A stretch of DNA of 64,000 bases from an uncultured Verrucomicrobiota bacterium (GTDB lineage Bacteria > Verrucomicrobiota > Verrucomicrobiia > Limisphaerales > MWDV01), in NCBI GenBank assembly GCA_964548925.1, contig CAZJTM010000002.1, forward strand, positions 10,814 through 74,813, read 5' to 3'. Under the pieces are notes generated by a model. That model did not search any database and was not told the DNA's origin. It was given only the letters and a program-made list of their open reading frames with translations. How positions within the stretch are numbered: position 1 is the first letter of the stretch; each line of letters begins with the position of its first letter. Positions 10,430-18,982 of the stretch are shown in pieces. The translations under genes and the position numbers were made by a program.

Positions 10430-10528
10430 AGCAGCGACTGACAGTGCCTGAGTGACGCAACCGCGTTTGGAACCGGCGGGTCGCCACCGCCGTCCTATCC
10501 GAGTCCAACGGCGTGCGGCCAACGAAAG

Positions 10529-11401
10529 TTAGTACTTTCGGGTCGTATGATCCCACAGCCACAGCACGTCCGGATTGTTGGCGTGGCTGACGGCCGGCGG
10601 ATCCGTCCGCCGAATCCCCGGCATGGTGCGCGGATCCTTCCACCGGTGAATTTCCGAATGCCCGTCGGCAAAGGCGATGCCGGCCGCCTTGTTATGAAAG
10701 CTGGCCGGCAGGTCCGGCATTTTGGCTTGCGAAGGATCGGGATAGCCCCGCATGTCCACGCAGAAGAAGCCGTCGTTGATGCTGTCGGGATGTTCATCCA
10801 GCAGAACCCAGGTGCTGCTGGGGCCGGGGACGAGCAGGTCGGACATTTTGAGATACTTCCTGAATTCCGGCCCGCCAAACCACGTCCACCCGCCCTCATT
10901 CATCCCCATCCAGGAGTTCATGGAGTTGCTGCGCGCCCGCTGAATCGCTTGGCCTCGAAAGGGACCGGAAGTCGGCGTAACCGTCACCGTATCCGCCGGA
11001 CACTTGAAAATGGCCGTGGACTTGGAGCAGTAAGGCCAGATGGCTCCTTGCTTGATTGTGTTGTCCACGTCCCAGTTCGCCGTGTTGCCATCGCTGTAGC
11101 TCAGAATGCCATGCGTCCAAGCATACTTGTACTTGGGGTTGGCGGGATTGTCCTCCACGTAAGCGAAAGGCAGGGTGTCGCGGTTGTCCTCCACGTACAT
11201 GCGCCAAGCGGTCATCAACTGTCGCGTGTTGTTCATGCAGGCGATCCCCTGTCCTTTGAGCTTGGCCTTGCCCAAGGCGGGCAGCAACAGACCCGCCAGA
11301 ATCGCGATGATAGCAATGACGACCAAGAGTTCGATCAGGGTGAACGCGCTCCCACCGGGCCGGGGGAGGCGAGGCAACCGCGTTGGGGCCACGGATTTCA
11401 T
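10529..11401 (-). CDS. Prepilin-type N-terminal cleavage/methylation protein with H-X9-DG C-terminal motif (DUF1559-like)
   Basis: [25 protein letters not shown] and [13 protein letters not shown]. Confidence 0.9.
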   Translation of the reverse strand: MKSVAPTRLPRLPRPGGSAFTLIELLVVIAIIAILAGLLLPALGKAKLKGQGIACMNNTRQLMTAWRMYVEDNRDTLPFAYVEDNPANPKYKYAWTHGILSYSDGNTANWDVDNTIKQGAIWPYCSKSTAIFKCPADTVTVTPTSGPFRGQAIQRARSNSMNSWMGMNEGGWTWFGGPEFRKYLKMSDLLVPGPSSTWVLLDEHPDSINDGFFCVDMRGYPDPSQAKMPDLPASFHNKAAGIAFADGHSEIHRWKDPRTMPGIRRTDPPAVSHANNPDVLWLWDHTTRKY

Positions 11402-11646
11402 TTGTCAGCCGATCTCAGCGCTTCGAGGATCGCGAGAACCACCTAGGCGGCGTGAATCCAAACGCCACGGCGCGCGGTTCTCTGCGGACCTTCGGGTTTA
11501 GTTCTGCGAGAAATACTAGCCTCAAGTCCAGTTCCGTCCAGCTTTACCTTGGGGCGCGTTCGCGACCACCTCGCTAGCACGCGTGGGGCAGGTTGGCCGT
11601 CGTCCCGACATAGGCGCGGGGCCTCACCAACGCGGTCGCCCGCCGA

Positions 11647-11883
11647 TCAGTGGCCAATCAAGCCACGCGGCGGTCCGGTTCGGCGGGCGGTAAGCGGCCG
11701 GGCCGGGGGCGAACCGCCCGTGATCGTCCGGTTGCCCAGCGACGTGGCACAACGAGCGCACAGGTATTCGTGGAGTTCTCCGGCAGGCAGGACGAGCAGC
11801 AATCGCTCGCGCACCGGTTGGGCTCGCTGACACTTCGGACAATATAACTCGCTGGCGGTGAATTCTCCGAATTGGCGGGGCAT
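11647..11883 (-). CDS. Small zinc-ribbon hypothetical protein
   Basis: CPKC...CARC in a 78-aa ORF. Confidence 0.6.
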   Translation of the reverse strand: MPRQFGEFTASELYCPKCQRAQPVRERLLLVLPAGELHEYLCARCATSLGNRTITGGSPPARPLTARRTGPPRGLIGH

Positions 11884-11921
11884 GTGGGAAGCTCTCCGGA
11901 CCTGCGTCGCCCACGGAACGG

Positions 11922-12872
11922 TCAGCGGGTGCCCGCTGGCCGCAACTGGACTTCCTGAATTTCCATGAAGGAGACCGAGATCTCCTCAGTGGTCGCGCCC
12001 TTCATCACCTCCAGGTGCATGTCGTTGGCCGTGATCCGGCTAATCCGCGCGGCATGGAATTCCGACTTCGCGGTCTTGACGACCAGCACGGCTCCCTTGC
12101 TCTTTTCGCGCCGCACCACGCCGAAGAAATCGGAGAACCGGGTTTCAAAGAAGCGGCGGTTGAAAGCGAACTCGCCCCGCTTGAAAATGGTTGGAGCGGC
12201 CGGGGCCGCCTCCGCCGCTTCGGGGGTTTCGTGGGCGATTTTCAAAGCGCTCGCCAGTGTTGGCTCGACGGGGGGCGTCCCAGCCGGTTGGCCGGCGGCG
12301 TCCACCTCCGCACCCGCTTCGGGCTTGGGCATGCGGGTGGGCATGGAAACGAACACGATCTGTGGAATGACCGGCACCACGGCGGCAAGCCCACAGACCA
12401 GACCGAGCGGTTGCGCGCGAAAAATGGCCACCTCGTATGCGGCCCAGAGATTCGCCGCGTAGAGCGCCAGCAGAATCAGCCAGCCCACCGGCGAGGTGAA
12501 CAGCCCTCCGATCAACGCGGGGTTGGCCGGGCGATCAAGTTTCGATTCCACCTCTTTGACGACGACCGGCGGGCGGACAGGCTTCTTCTTCTGCAACTCG
12601 GCCTCGTCTTCCTCGACAAGGGGCTGGGCATAGCGGGCGTATTTGGAGTCCTTCGCCAACCGCTTGAGGTCTTCCTGTGAGAATTTTTCCCACGCCGTGC
12701 GCTCGGCGAACTTGCCGTCGCTCAGGCGCACGACCGCGCCCTTATCGTTGGCAGACACGATGGTGCCCTCCAACGAGGTTCCATCCGTCAGGTTGAACGA
12801 TTCCGCCCGTGCCAACGTCGCGGCCAAGCCGCTCCACACCAGCACTAATCCGAATGCAAGTAATCTGCGCAC
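11922..12872 (-). CDS. Membrane protein with N-terminal SHD1-like domain
   Basis: Signal peptide, FNLTDGTSLEGTIV...VVRLSDG...FSQEDL, then two hydrophobic segments. Confidence 0.65.
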   Translation of the reverse strand: MRRLLAFGLVLVWSGLAATLARAESFNLTDGTSLEGTIVSANDKGAVVRLSDGKFAERTAWEKFSQEDLKRLAKDSKYARYAQPLVEEDEAELQKKKPVRPPVVVKEVESKLDRPANPALIGGLFTSPVGWLILLALYAANLWAAYEVAIFRAQPLGLVCGLAAVVPVIPQIVFVSMPTRMPKPEAGAEVDAAGQPAGTPPVEPTLASALKIAHETPEAAEAAPAAPTIFKRGEFAFNRRFFETRFSDFFGVVRREKSKGAVLVVKTAKSEFHAARISRITANDMHLEVMKGATTEEISVSFMEIQEVQLRPAGTR

Positions 12873-12947
12873 GCTGGATCAAATAGCAAAGCTCGGCGGG
12901 CAAAGGAAGGAAATTTCGGTCCGTGCCACGCGCTTGCACGGGTGAAG

Positions 12948-13583
12948 TCAGTCGCGCTTCACCCCGTCGAATCCGGCGCAAATGAAATCCCGGATCAGGC
13001 GGATTTCCTCCTCGCCCGCGATGGTGTGCTCCTTTTGGAACTCATGCCACGCGATGTTCAGGCCCGCATGCTGGAGGTGGCGGATTTGGCGTTTGGTGAC
13101 GGCGAAAGGAAGAACGGCGTCGAGCGTGCCGTGGGTGGCCAACACACGTTGCTCCCGCGCGACGGGCGAAAGTTCTTGGACCAGTTTGTCCGGCTCGCAG
13201 ACCAGTCCGCTGATGGACATGATGCCTGCAAATCTGTGCGGGTAGCGCAGACCCACCTCGATGGCCATCAAGCCGCCCTGCGAGAAACCGCCGATGACGG
13301 TTTGTTCCGTGGGCCAACCCTTGGCGCGATGGCTGTCGAGCAACTCCATTACCAGCGCCCGGCTGCGGCGCACGCCGGGTTCGATGTCGCCGTAGATGTC
13401 GAACCACGAGAAACCGCCATAGTAATCATCCGGCGCGTTCACCAGCAGGTAATTGAGCCAGGGCAGTTGCAGCACCTGTGGCATCCAGAGGTAGCCCGCC
13501 AGGCTGTCGCCCAGACCGTGCATCATCAACAGCAGGCATTTCGAGTTCGGCTCGGCGGCCGGGATCAAGCGGTGTTCAAGCAT
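12948..13583 (-). CDS. Phospholipase/carboxylesterase (alpha/beta hydrolase)
   Basis: MHGLGDS, GGFSQGG nucleophile elbow, HGTLD, KEH. Confidence 0.9.
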   Translation of the reverse strand: MLEHRLIPAAEPNSKCLLLMMHGLGDSLAGYLWMPQVLQLPWLNYLLVNAPDDYYGGFSWFDIYGDIEPGVRRSRALVMELLDSHRAKGWPTEQTVIGGFSQGGLMAIEVGLRYPHRFAGIMSISGLVCEPDKLVQELSPVAREQRVLATHGTLDAVLPFAVTKRQIRHLQHAGLNIAWHEFQKEHTIAGEEEIRLIRDFICAGFDGVKRD

Positions 13584-13614
13584 GGCGCACAGTTTGGGAA
13601 TCGCGCGTCGCGTG

Positions 13615-14082
13615 TCAGTACGGAACTTTGTCCGTTTTGGCCGCCCACTCCGCAAACGCCACCAGCGCCTCGCGGCGGAGCAGTGGGGTTAGGGGCAGTC
13701 GCCGCCTGGAGATCGGTCGGGCAACCTCGCGATAAAGGAGCGCGTCGTCGAAGCCGATGCGCGCGGCGTCTTTGCGGGTGTTGCCGAAATAGACCCGCCG
13801 GAGTCGGGCCCAGTAAATCGCCGCGAGACACATGGGGCAGGGTTCGCAGCTTGAGTAAATCTCGCAGCCATCGAGAGAAAACGTCTTCAACCGCCGGCAC
13901 GCGTCGCGGATGGCCATTACCTCGGCGTGCGCGGTGGGGTCGTTGGTGGACGTGACGCAATTCCAGCCGCGCCCGACGATTCGCCCCCGCCTGACAACGA
14001 CGGCGCCAAATGGGCCGCCACGGTTCTGCCGCATTTTTTGGAGCGAGATGCGAATCGCCTCACGCATGAAATCCGACTTCAC
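13615..14082 (-). CDS. guaD: Nucleoside/guanine deaminase (CDA fold)
   Basis: GGPFGAVVV, NDPTAHAEV, SCEPCPMC, IGFDD. Confidence 0.85.
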   Translation of the reverse strand: MKSDFMREAIRISLQKMRQNRGGPFGAVVVRRGRIVGRGWNCVTSTNDPTAHAEVMAIRDACRRLKTFSLDGCEIYSSCEPCPMCLAAIYWARLRRVYFGNTRKDAARIGFDDALLYREVARPISRRRLPLTPLLRREALVAFAEWAAKTDKVPY

Positions 14083-14936
14083 GCGAACAGCGTGCCCGCG
14101 CTAACGCTTGCCGGCAACAGCTTTCCGCCTTCGTAAAACCTCACGAGTTTCCCCTGCGACCACTTGCGTAGCCGGTAGAGGGCCGCGAAGCCGAAATCCG
14201 GTGCCGCTCCGCCCTGTCCGCCGCAGACCTCCGCGCCGCGGCGGACGTTGTCCATCATCCATGCCGGCAGGGACAGGTGATACGGATTCCGCGCGACTTC
14301 GCCGAGGTGAAAGGTGGTTGCGGCAATCAAGTCCGCCAAATCCTTCGCGCTGACCTCAACCATGAGGTTCGGGTCATCCATGGCGCCCCAGAACTCCGTC
14401 TCAATGGTGAAGCACTCGAACTTCGCAGGCATCTGCTTCAGCGCATCGGTGACAAGGTAGTGCGTCCCAATGTGCGTGCCATTCCAATCGCGCTCGTGTG
14501 GAAACAGGATCACCCGCGGCTGATACTCATCGAGAATCTGAGCGATGACTTTGACCATGCCGGCCCAAAGTTGCGGCTCGTTCTGGCGCGTTTTAGGTGT
14601 GACTTTCTCCAAGCCGCAAGGCCCGGTGGTCCGCAAACCGTAGCCGAGAAAGCGGCAGGCATTCTGCAACTCGGCCAACCGCCCGGCCTGGCGTTCCTTC
14701 TTGCTGCCTTGCGTCACCGCCACATCAATAAGTTCCATCCCGGCCTCGCGCGCGATGCGCAAGGCCATCGCGCCGACGATGGTTTCATCGTCCGGGTGGG
14801 GCGCGAAAAAAAGGGCCCGGGGCGCGTTGGGCGGGAGTTGCGGCTTGGGCAATGGTGCCAAGCCGCCGAGCGGAATGGATTTGGCCTCGTTGACGACATG
14901 CTGACAGTCGGTGACAAACTTGAGATACGGATTCAT
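14079..14936 (-). CDS. PIG-L/LmbE family deacetylase
   Basis: APHPDDE, D.NGTH. Confidence 0.88.
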   Translation of the reverse strand: MNPYLKFVTDCQHVVNEAKSIPLGGLAPLPKPQLPPNAPRALFFAPHPDDETIVGAMALRIAREAGMELIDVAVTQGSKKERQAGRLAELQNACRFLGYGLRTTGPCGLEKVTPKTRQNEPQLWAGMVKVIAQILDEYQPRVILFPHERDWNGTHIGTHYLVTDALKQMPAKFECFTIETEFWGAMDDPNLMVEVSAKDLADLIAATTFHLGEVARNPYHLSLPAWMMDNVRRGAEVCGGQGGAAPDFGFAALYRLRKWSQGKLVRFYEGGKLLPASVSAGTLFA

Positions 14937-14945
14937 GGGTCCAAT

Positions 14946-16319
14946 TCAGTTCGGGATCTCTGGCAGGCTGGCAGCGGCAATCGCCTGGCCGTGGCGTTTC
15001 TGTTTCTCATCCGGCACGTGGATTTCGATCTGGCTGGCCATTTCCGGAAACTCGGATTTCAACACTTCACGCGCGCCGGCCACAATGAGGTCGCCGCCCT
15101 TGCCGCTGGTCACGCGGCCGAGCACGAGCACGTTTTGCAGGTCGTAGAAATCAGCGAAATGCGCGATCTGATAGCCGAGATAGACGCCGATGGTTTCGTA
15201 GATCTTGCGCGCCCGCTCATCCCCCCGCGCCATGAGGGATTGCACGAGTTTGAGTTTCTCCGGCAACGGCATGTCCTGCGGCGCCTTGATGCCTGCCGCC
15301 GGGAGCAGGCGTCCCACCGCTTGTTGCGAGAAATACTGCGCCCCCACGCCGTAATCGCCGGACCACTCGTCGCACGCGGCGCTGGGATTGTAGTCCACCG
15401 GCACGAAGGCCAACTCATTTATCCAGGAGGTGATATTGCCGTCGCGGTTTACCCAACCGCCCGCCGTGCTGGTGCCCAACGCGATTCCGAGAACACCGTT
15501 CCTCCCCAGCGCCATGGAGCCGGCCAGCGCCGTGACTTCGCCATCGTTCACCACCTCGAAGGGAATGTCCTTCCATGCTCGCTTGATTTCGAGGAACAGG
15601 TTTTTCACCCGTTTCTCGAACACGTCTTGCGGCACGCCGCGGAAGAGGGAGGCGACCTTGACGCGGTTGTTCACGTAGATCCCCGCCGCGCTCCCCCCGA
15701 TGGCATCCAAGCGCGGCATGTGCGCGGCGGCCTGCCTGAGCGAATCCATGATGCCGTCGAAGTGATACTGCGGATCGGGATGGAAATACGGATCCCACAC
15801 CGTTTCCTCGCTGAACACGACCTTGCCGTCCACCACGGCGGCGGCCTTGCGATCGCTGCCGCCCAGATCAAAGCCGATGCGGCAGCCTTCCAGATGGCGT
15901 CCCAACGGCTTGGCTTGCGCACGCTCCGGCGGAATGTCCTTTGTGCTCACCACCACGAGTTCGTGGTCAAACATTTTCTCGCCCACCATCTCCGAGTCGA
16001 ATTGGCCGGTGGCGTCATTCGTGTAATGAGCCGCCAGCCTGGTGGCCAGCGCCTTCGGCCCGTCGAAGTAGATTCGCCATCCGCCGCGCGACCAGAGCAG
16101 GAACTTGAGGATGCGCTCCAGGTAAGTGTAGTTCCCCGCCGCTTGCGGTGTCCCCTCGGCGAAGATCGCGGTGCTGAAGCGATAGACCGACCCATCCTGA
16201 CCCGAGGCGGCCACTTGTTCCCGATATGCGCGGTTGGCCAGCGCGGCGGGACGGAACTGCGCGTCCAAGACCGGCACCACTCGCGGGGACACCAAAACAA
16301 GCCCGTTATTCTGGTTCAT
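14946..16319 (-). CDS. ROK family sugar kinase
   Basis: GFDLGGSDRKAA, NDGEVTALAG, GIALGTS, ELAF. Confidence 0.88.
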   Translation of the reverse strand: MNQNNGLVLVSPRVVPVLDAQFRPAALANRAYREQVAASGQDGSVYRFSTAIFAEGTPQAAGNYTYLERILKFLLWSRGGWRIYFDGPKALATRLAAHYTNDATGQFDSEMVGEKMFDHELVVVSTKDIPPERAQAKPLGRHLEGCRIGFDLGGSDRKAAAVVDGKVVFSEETVWDPYFHPDPQYHFDGIMDSLRQAAAHMPRLDAIGGSAAGIYVNNRVKVASLFRGVPQDVFEKRVKNLFLEIKRAWKDIPFEVVNDGEVTALAGSMALGRNGVLGIALGTSTAGGWVNRDGNITSWINELAFVPVDYNPSAACDEWSGDYGVGAQYFSQQAVGRLLPAAGIKAPQDMPLPEKLKLVQSLMARGDERARKIYETIGVYLGYQIAHFADFYDLQNVLVLGRVTSGKGGDLIVAGAREVLKSEFPEMASQIEIHVPDEKQKRHGQAIAAASLPEIPN

Positions 16320-16556
16320 ATATGACAGGAAAGGTTGTAGGGAACGGCCCTAGCCCGCGCAAGTTCCCGGTGGACTGCCGACGTCGCCTGCGAACTAGCA
16401 AGGCCAACCAACCCCGCCGGCCAGTGGAGCATCGTCCCATGCCCACCGGGTTTCAAAGGCGCACGGCAAAGTAGATGCGCCGCGAGGTGGAAGCTCCTGT
16501 CAGAACCGGATCAGGGTGTGGCGCTGGACACGGGTCAACGCTCTCATCGCATGGAA

Positions 16557-17240
16557 TCAGGCGCGAGAACCGCCGGCCGATCGCCTGAGCCACTCGACTC
16601 CCGCCAGCACGAAACAGCACGCGATGGCAAGAGCGTGACCAATGGCCGGCTCCGGCACGGGCGTGATCTCCAAACTCCAGCTTTCCAACTGGCTCTGGCC
16701 GCCGGACGACAGGTCGGCCATGAACAGCGTCCAGTCTCCATTCGGGTCCAGGCGTTGGAAGGAACTGAGCGTGGCCGTTCGCGATGATGTGTCGGACACC
16801 AAATCAGGGTCCACCGCCCGGCCGTCTGGTTGCCAGGTGCCGGTGAGCGCGCCGCCCAAGGGCACGGTGTGGCTGCCCAGCAGGGTTAACCGGTAGTTGT
16901 GGACGTCGCCGTTGGCTGCGGCGTCAGCCAGGGTCACGGTGCTGATCCCACTGTCGCTATAGCCAAAGGTATTGTCGCCGGTTCGGCCCACGCGATTGAA
17001 CAGGACGGCGTAGCCGCTGTCATGCGTCAGCGTCACATACAGGTCGCCGTTGAAACCGCCGTCACCGACGCCCGAGAACGTCAGCGTGATGGTCACGGTT
17101 CCGATTTCCGTTACAGGCGTGCTCAGGTTGAGCGTATCGCTCACGCCGTTGAGATCCCCATCGGGGATGAGCACGGCTCCGCGGGCGGCCCAAGACAATG
17201 TTGCCGCCAGCAAAAGCCAATGGATCGTCGGATGTTTCAT
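16557..17240 (-). CDS. PEP-CTERM-type sorting protein with proprotein-convertase P-like domain
   Basis: Signal peptide, NGDLYVTLTH, G.WTLFMADLS.G, then VPEP + TM + RR C-terminus. Confidence 0.8.
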   Translation of the reverse strand: MKHPTIHWLLLAATLSWAARGAVLIPDGDLNGVSDTLNLSTPVTEIGTVTITLTFSGVGDGGFNGDLYVTLTHDSGYAVLFNRVGRTGDNTFGYSDSGISTVTLADAAANGDVHNYRLTLLGSHTVPLGGALTGTWQPDGRAVDPDLVSDTSSRTATLSSFQRLDPNGDWTLFMADLSSGGQSQLESWSLEITPVPEPAIGHALAIACCFVLAGVEWLRRSAGGSRA

Positions 17241-17252
17241 AGCGTCTCCGTT

Positions 17253-18031
17253 TCAGCGGGTCACCGTGCGGTAATAGCGCTGGGGCGGTGCAGGTTCGGT
17301 GGTGTCCTCGTATTCCAGCAGGCCGTTGGGACCGAGCACGCCCGGGGTGGGTAACGACTGCCATTCCGGGTCGCCCAAGTCAGCCTTCCACTGAATGATG
17401 TTGGTGCGCCCGGCAATGCCGGCGACGGTAATCAACTTGTGGCCGTTGGGCAGGGTGGCGATGGCGACGAGGTTGCGCGTTTGGCCGCCCGCGTCGCCTT
17501 CCATTTGGATCGTCACGGTGTTGGTCGCGCGATGGCCTTCGGCGTCGGTGAGGATATAGGCAAACGAGTCGGCGCCGTTGAAGTTGGCGGGCGGCACGTA
17601 GCAGACCCAGCCTGCGTCCAGCGTGACCGTGCCGCCGTGGGCGGTGGCGGCGTCGAGCGAAGTCAAAGTGAGCGCGTCGGCATCGGGGTCGCTGTCATTG
17701 GCCAGCAACGTGGCGAGGCGGACCTTGGCGGTGCGGTTGGTGGCGCGTTGGAAGGCGTCTGCGCCCGGCTGCGGAGGGAGGTTCAGGCCGGCGACGAAGC
17801 CGGCGTCCCAGCGATGGACTTCGTTGGTAGCCACGCCGGCGTCGGGCTGACCCAGCGTATCCACGAGAACGAAGCGTCCGTCACCGCTGGTGCTGGTGCC
17901 GCCGCCGGGGGCAACCGCGTCCCAGTCCAGCGTGTAGTCGGCCGCGGCGAGTGGGGCTGCGCAGAGGCACAAGGCGAGGGCGAAGGAAACAGCGAGCCAA
18001 CCCGCTGGCGAGTGGAAAGGGCTCGACGCAT
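17253..18031 (-). CDS. Secreted protein: GGGTS/QPDAG N-domain + cadherin-like Ig + C-terminal YYR domain; start uncertain (possible frameshift near 18002)
   Basis: DYTLDWDAVAPGGGTST..DTLGQPDAG, LLANDSDPDAD, YVPPANFNGADSFAYILTD, ends QRYYRTVTR. The nearest in-frame ATG upstream of the h-region is 18134. Confidence 0.7.
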
Positions 18032-18097
18032 GCCCCGTCTGCTCGACACCGCCGCCTGGGCCAACTCCGCCACAATGCCGGCGGTGCCACTGGGCAG

Positions 18098-18133
18098 TTG
18101 AAAAGAAGGTGCGGCTGCGGCACACTGCGCACA
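18098..18133 (+). promoter_or_regulatory. Putative sigma70-type promoter for leaderless vapBC transcript
   Basis: TTGAAA (18098-18103), 17 bp, CACACT (18121-18126), 6 bp, ATG (18133). An imperfect palindrome GTGCGGCTGCGGCAC overlaps the spacer. Confidence 0.45.
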
Positions 18134-18387
18134 TGGCAACCATGCGCATCGAACTTGAATCCGACGCTGTCCAAAGACTGGAGGCGGCCAAGTGGACTCC
18201 CGCGGAGTCGTTCTCGGAAGTCGTCCGGCGCGCGCAATACCCAGCCGCACCGCACACCGCCCGAGAGCTGCTCGAGGATTTCGCCGCGCGGGCCGGCCAC
18301 TCGCCGCTCAGCGAAGCGGCCCTCGACCGCTTGGCCGAGGTCCAGCAGCATCCGCGCGCCACACCCTCGCACTGGACTGAGCGCTGA
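18133..18387 (+). CDS. vapB: VapB-type antitoxin
   Basis: MATMRIELESDAVQRLEAAK...ESFSEVVRR. TGATG overlap with the PIN toxin. Confidence 0.8.
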   Translation: MATMRIELESDAVQRLEAAKWTPAESFSEVVRRAQYPAAPHTARELLEDFAARAGHSPLSEAALDRLAEVQQHPRATPSHWTER

Positions 18388-18773
18388 TGCTCTTCGACAC
18401 CACCTTCCTGATCGACTACGAGCGCGAGGTCAAGCGTAACCGGCCTGCGGCCGCCCACGCCTTCCTCGCGGCTCATCCGACGGCGCCTCTCGACATCAGC
18501 ATCATCAGCGCTGGTGAGTTCGCCGAGGGTTTCGAGGCCTCCCAACAACAGGACTGCTGGCGTTGTCTGCGCCTCTACACGGTGCTGCCCTTGGATCTGG
18601 ACATCGTCTGGCGAGCGGCCCAGGTGGCTCGGCAACTCCGTGTGACGGGCCAAACCGTGGGCGACAACGACCTCTGGATCGGCGCGACCGCCTTGCATCA
18701 CCAACTCGCCCTGGTCACGAACAATCCGCGGCATTTCCAAGGCATTCCCGGGCTGCAGTTGGTCACGTATTGA
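18387..18773 (+). CDS. vapC: VapC PIN-domain toxin
   Basis: FDTTFLID, ISAGEFAEG, DNDLWIGATA, LVTNNPRHF. Confidence 0.92.
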   Translation: MLFDTTFLIDYEREVKRNRPAAAHAFLAAHPTAPLDISIISAGEFAEGFEASQQQDCWRCLRLYTVLPLDLDIVWRAAQVARQLRVTGQTVGDNDLWIGATALHHQLALVTNNPRHFQGIPGLQLVTY

Positions 18774-18982
18774 TCGCGTCAGCGAGCGTCCGCAGGTTGA
18801 AAACTTGCGATACGGCAGATTGGGAATCTGCGCCAGGGCTTCGGGCGGGCGAGGCTCGCTCACGGCCGGTTGGCCGGTTCGCTGGTTCGCCGCTTCGCCG
18901 TCACGCGCTTCGGCTTTCGCGCTTCGGATGGGTTTCGGAGTTCGCATATCGGGTTTCGGGTTTCCGGCCTGGGGCGGGCTCC

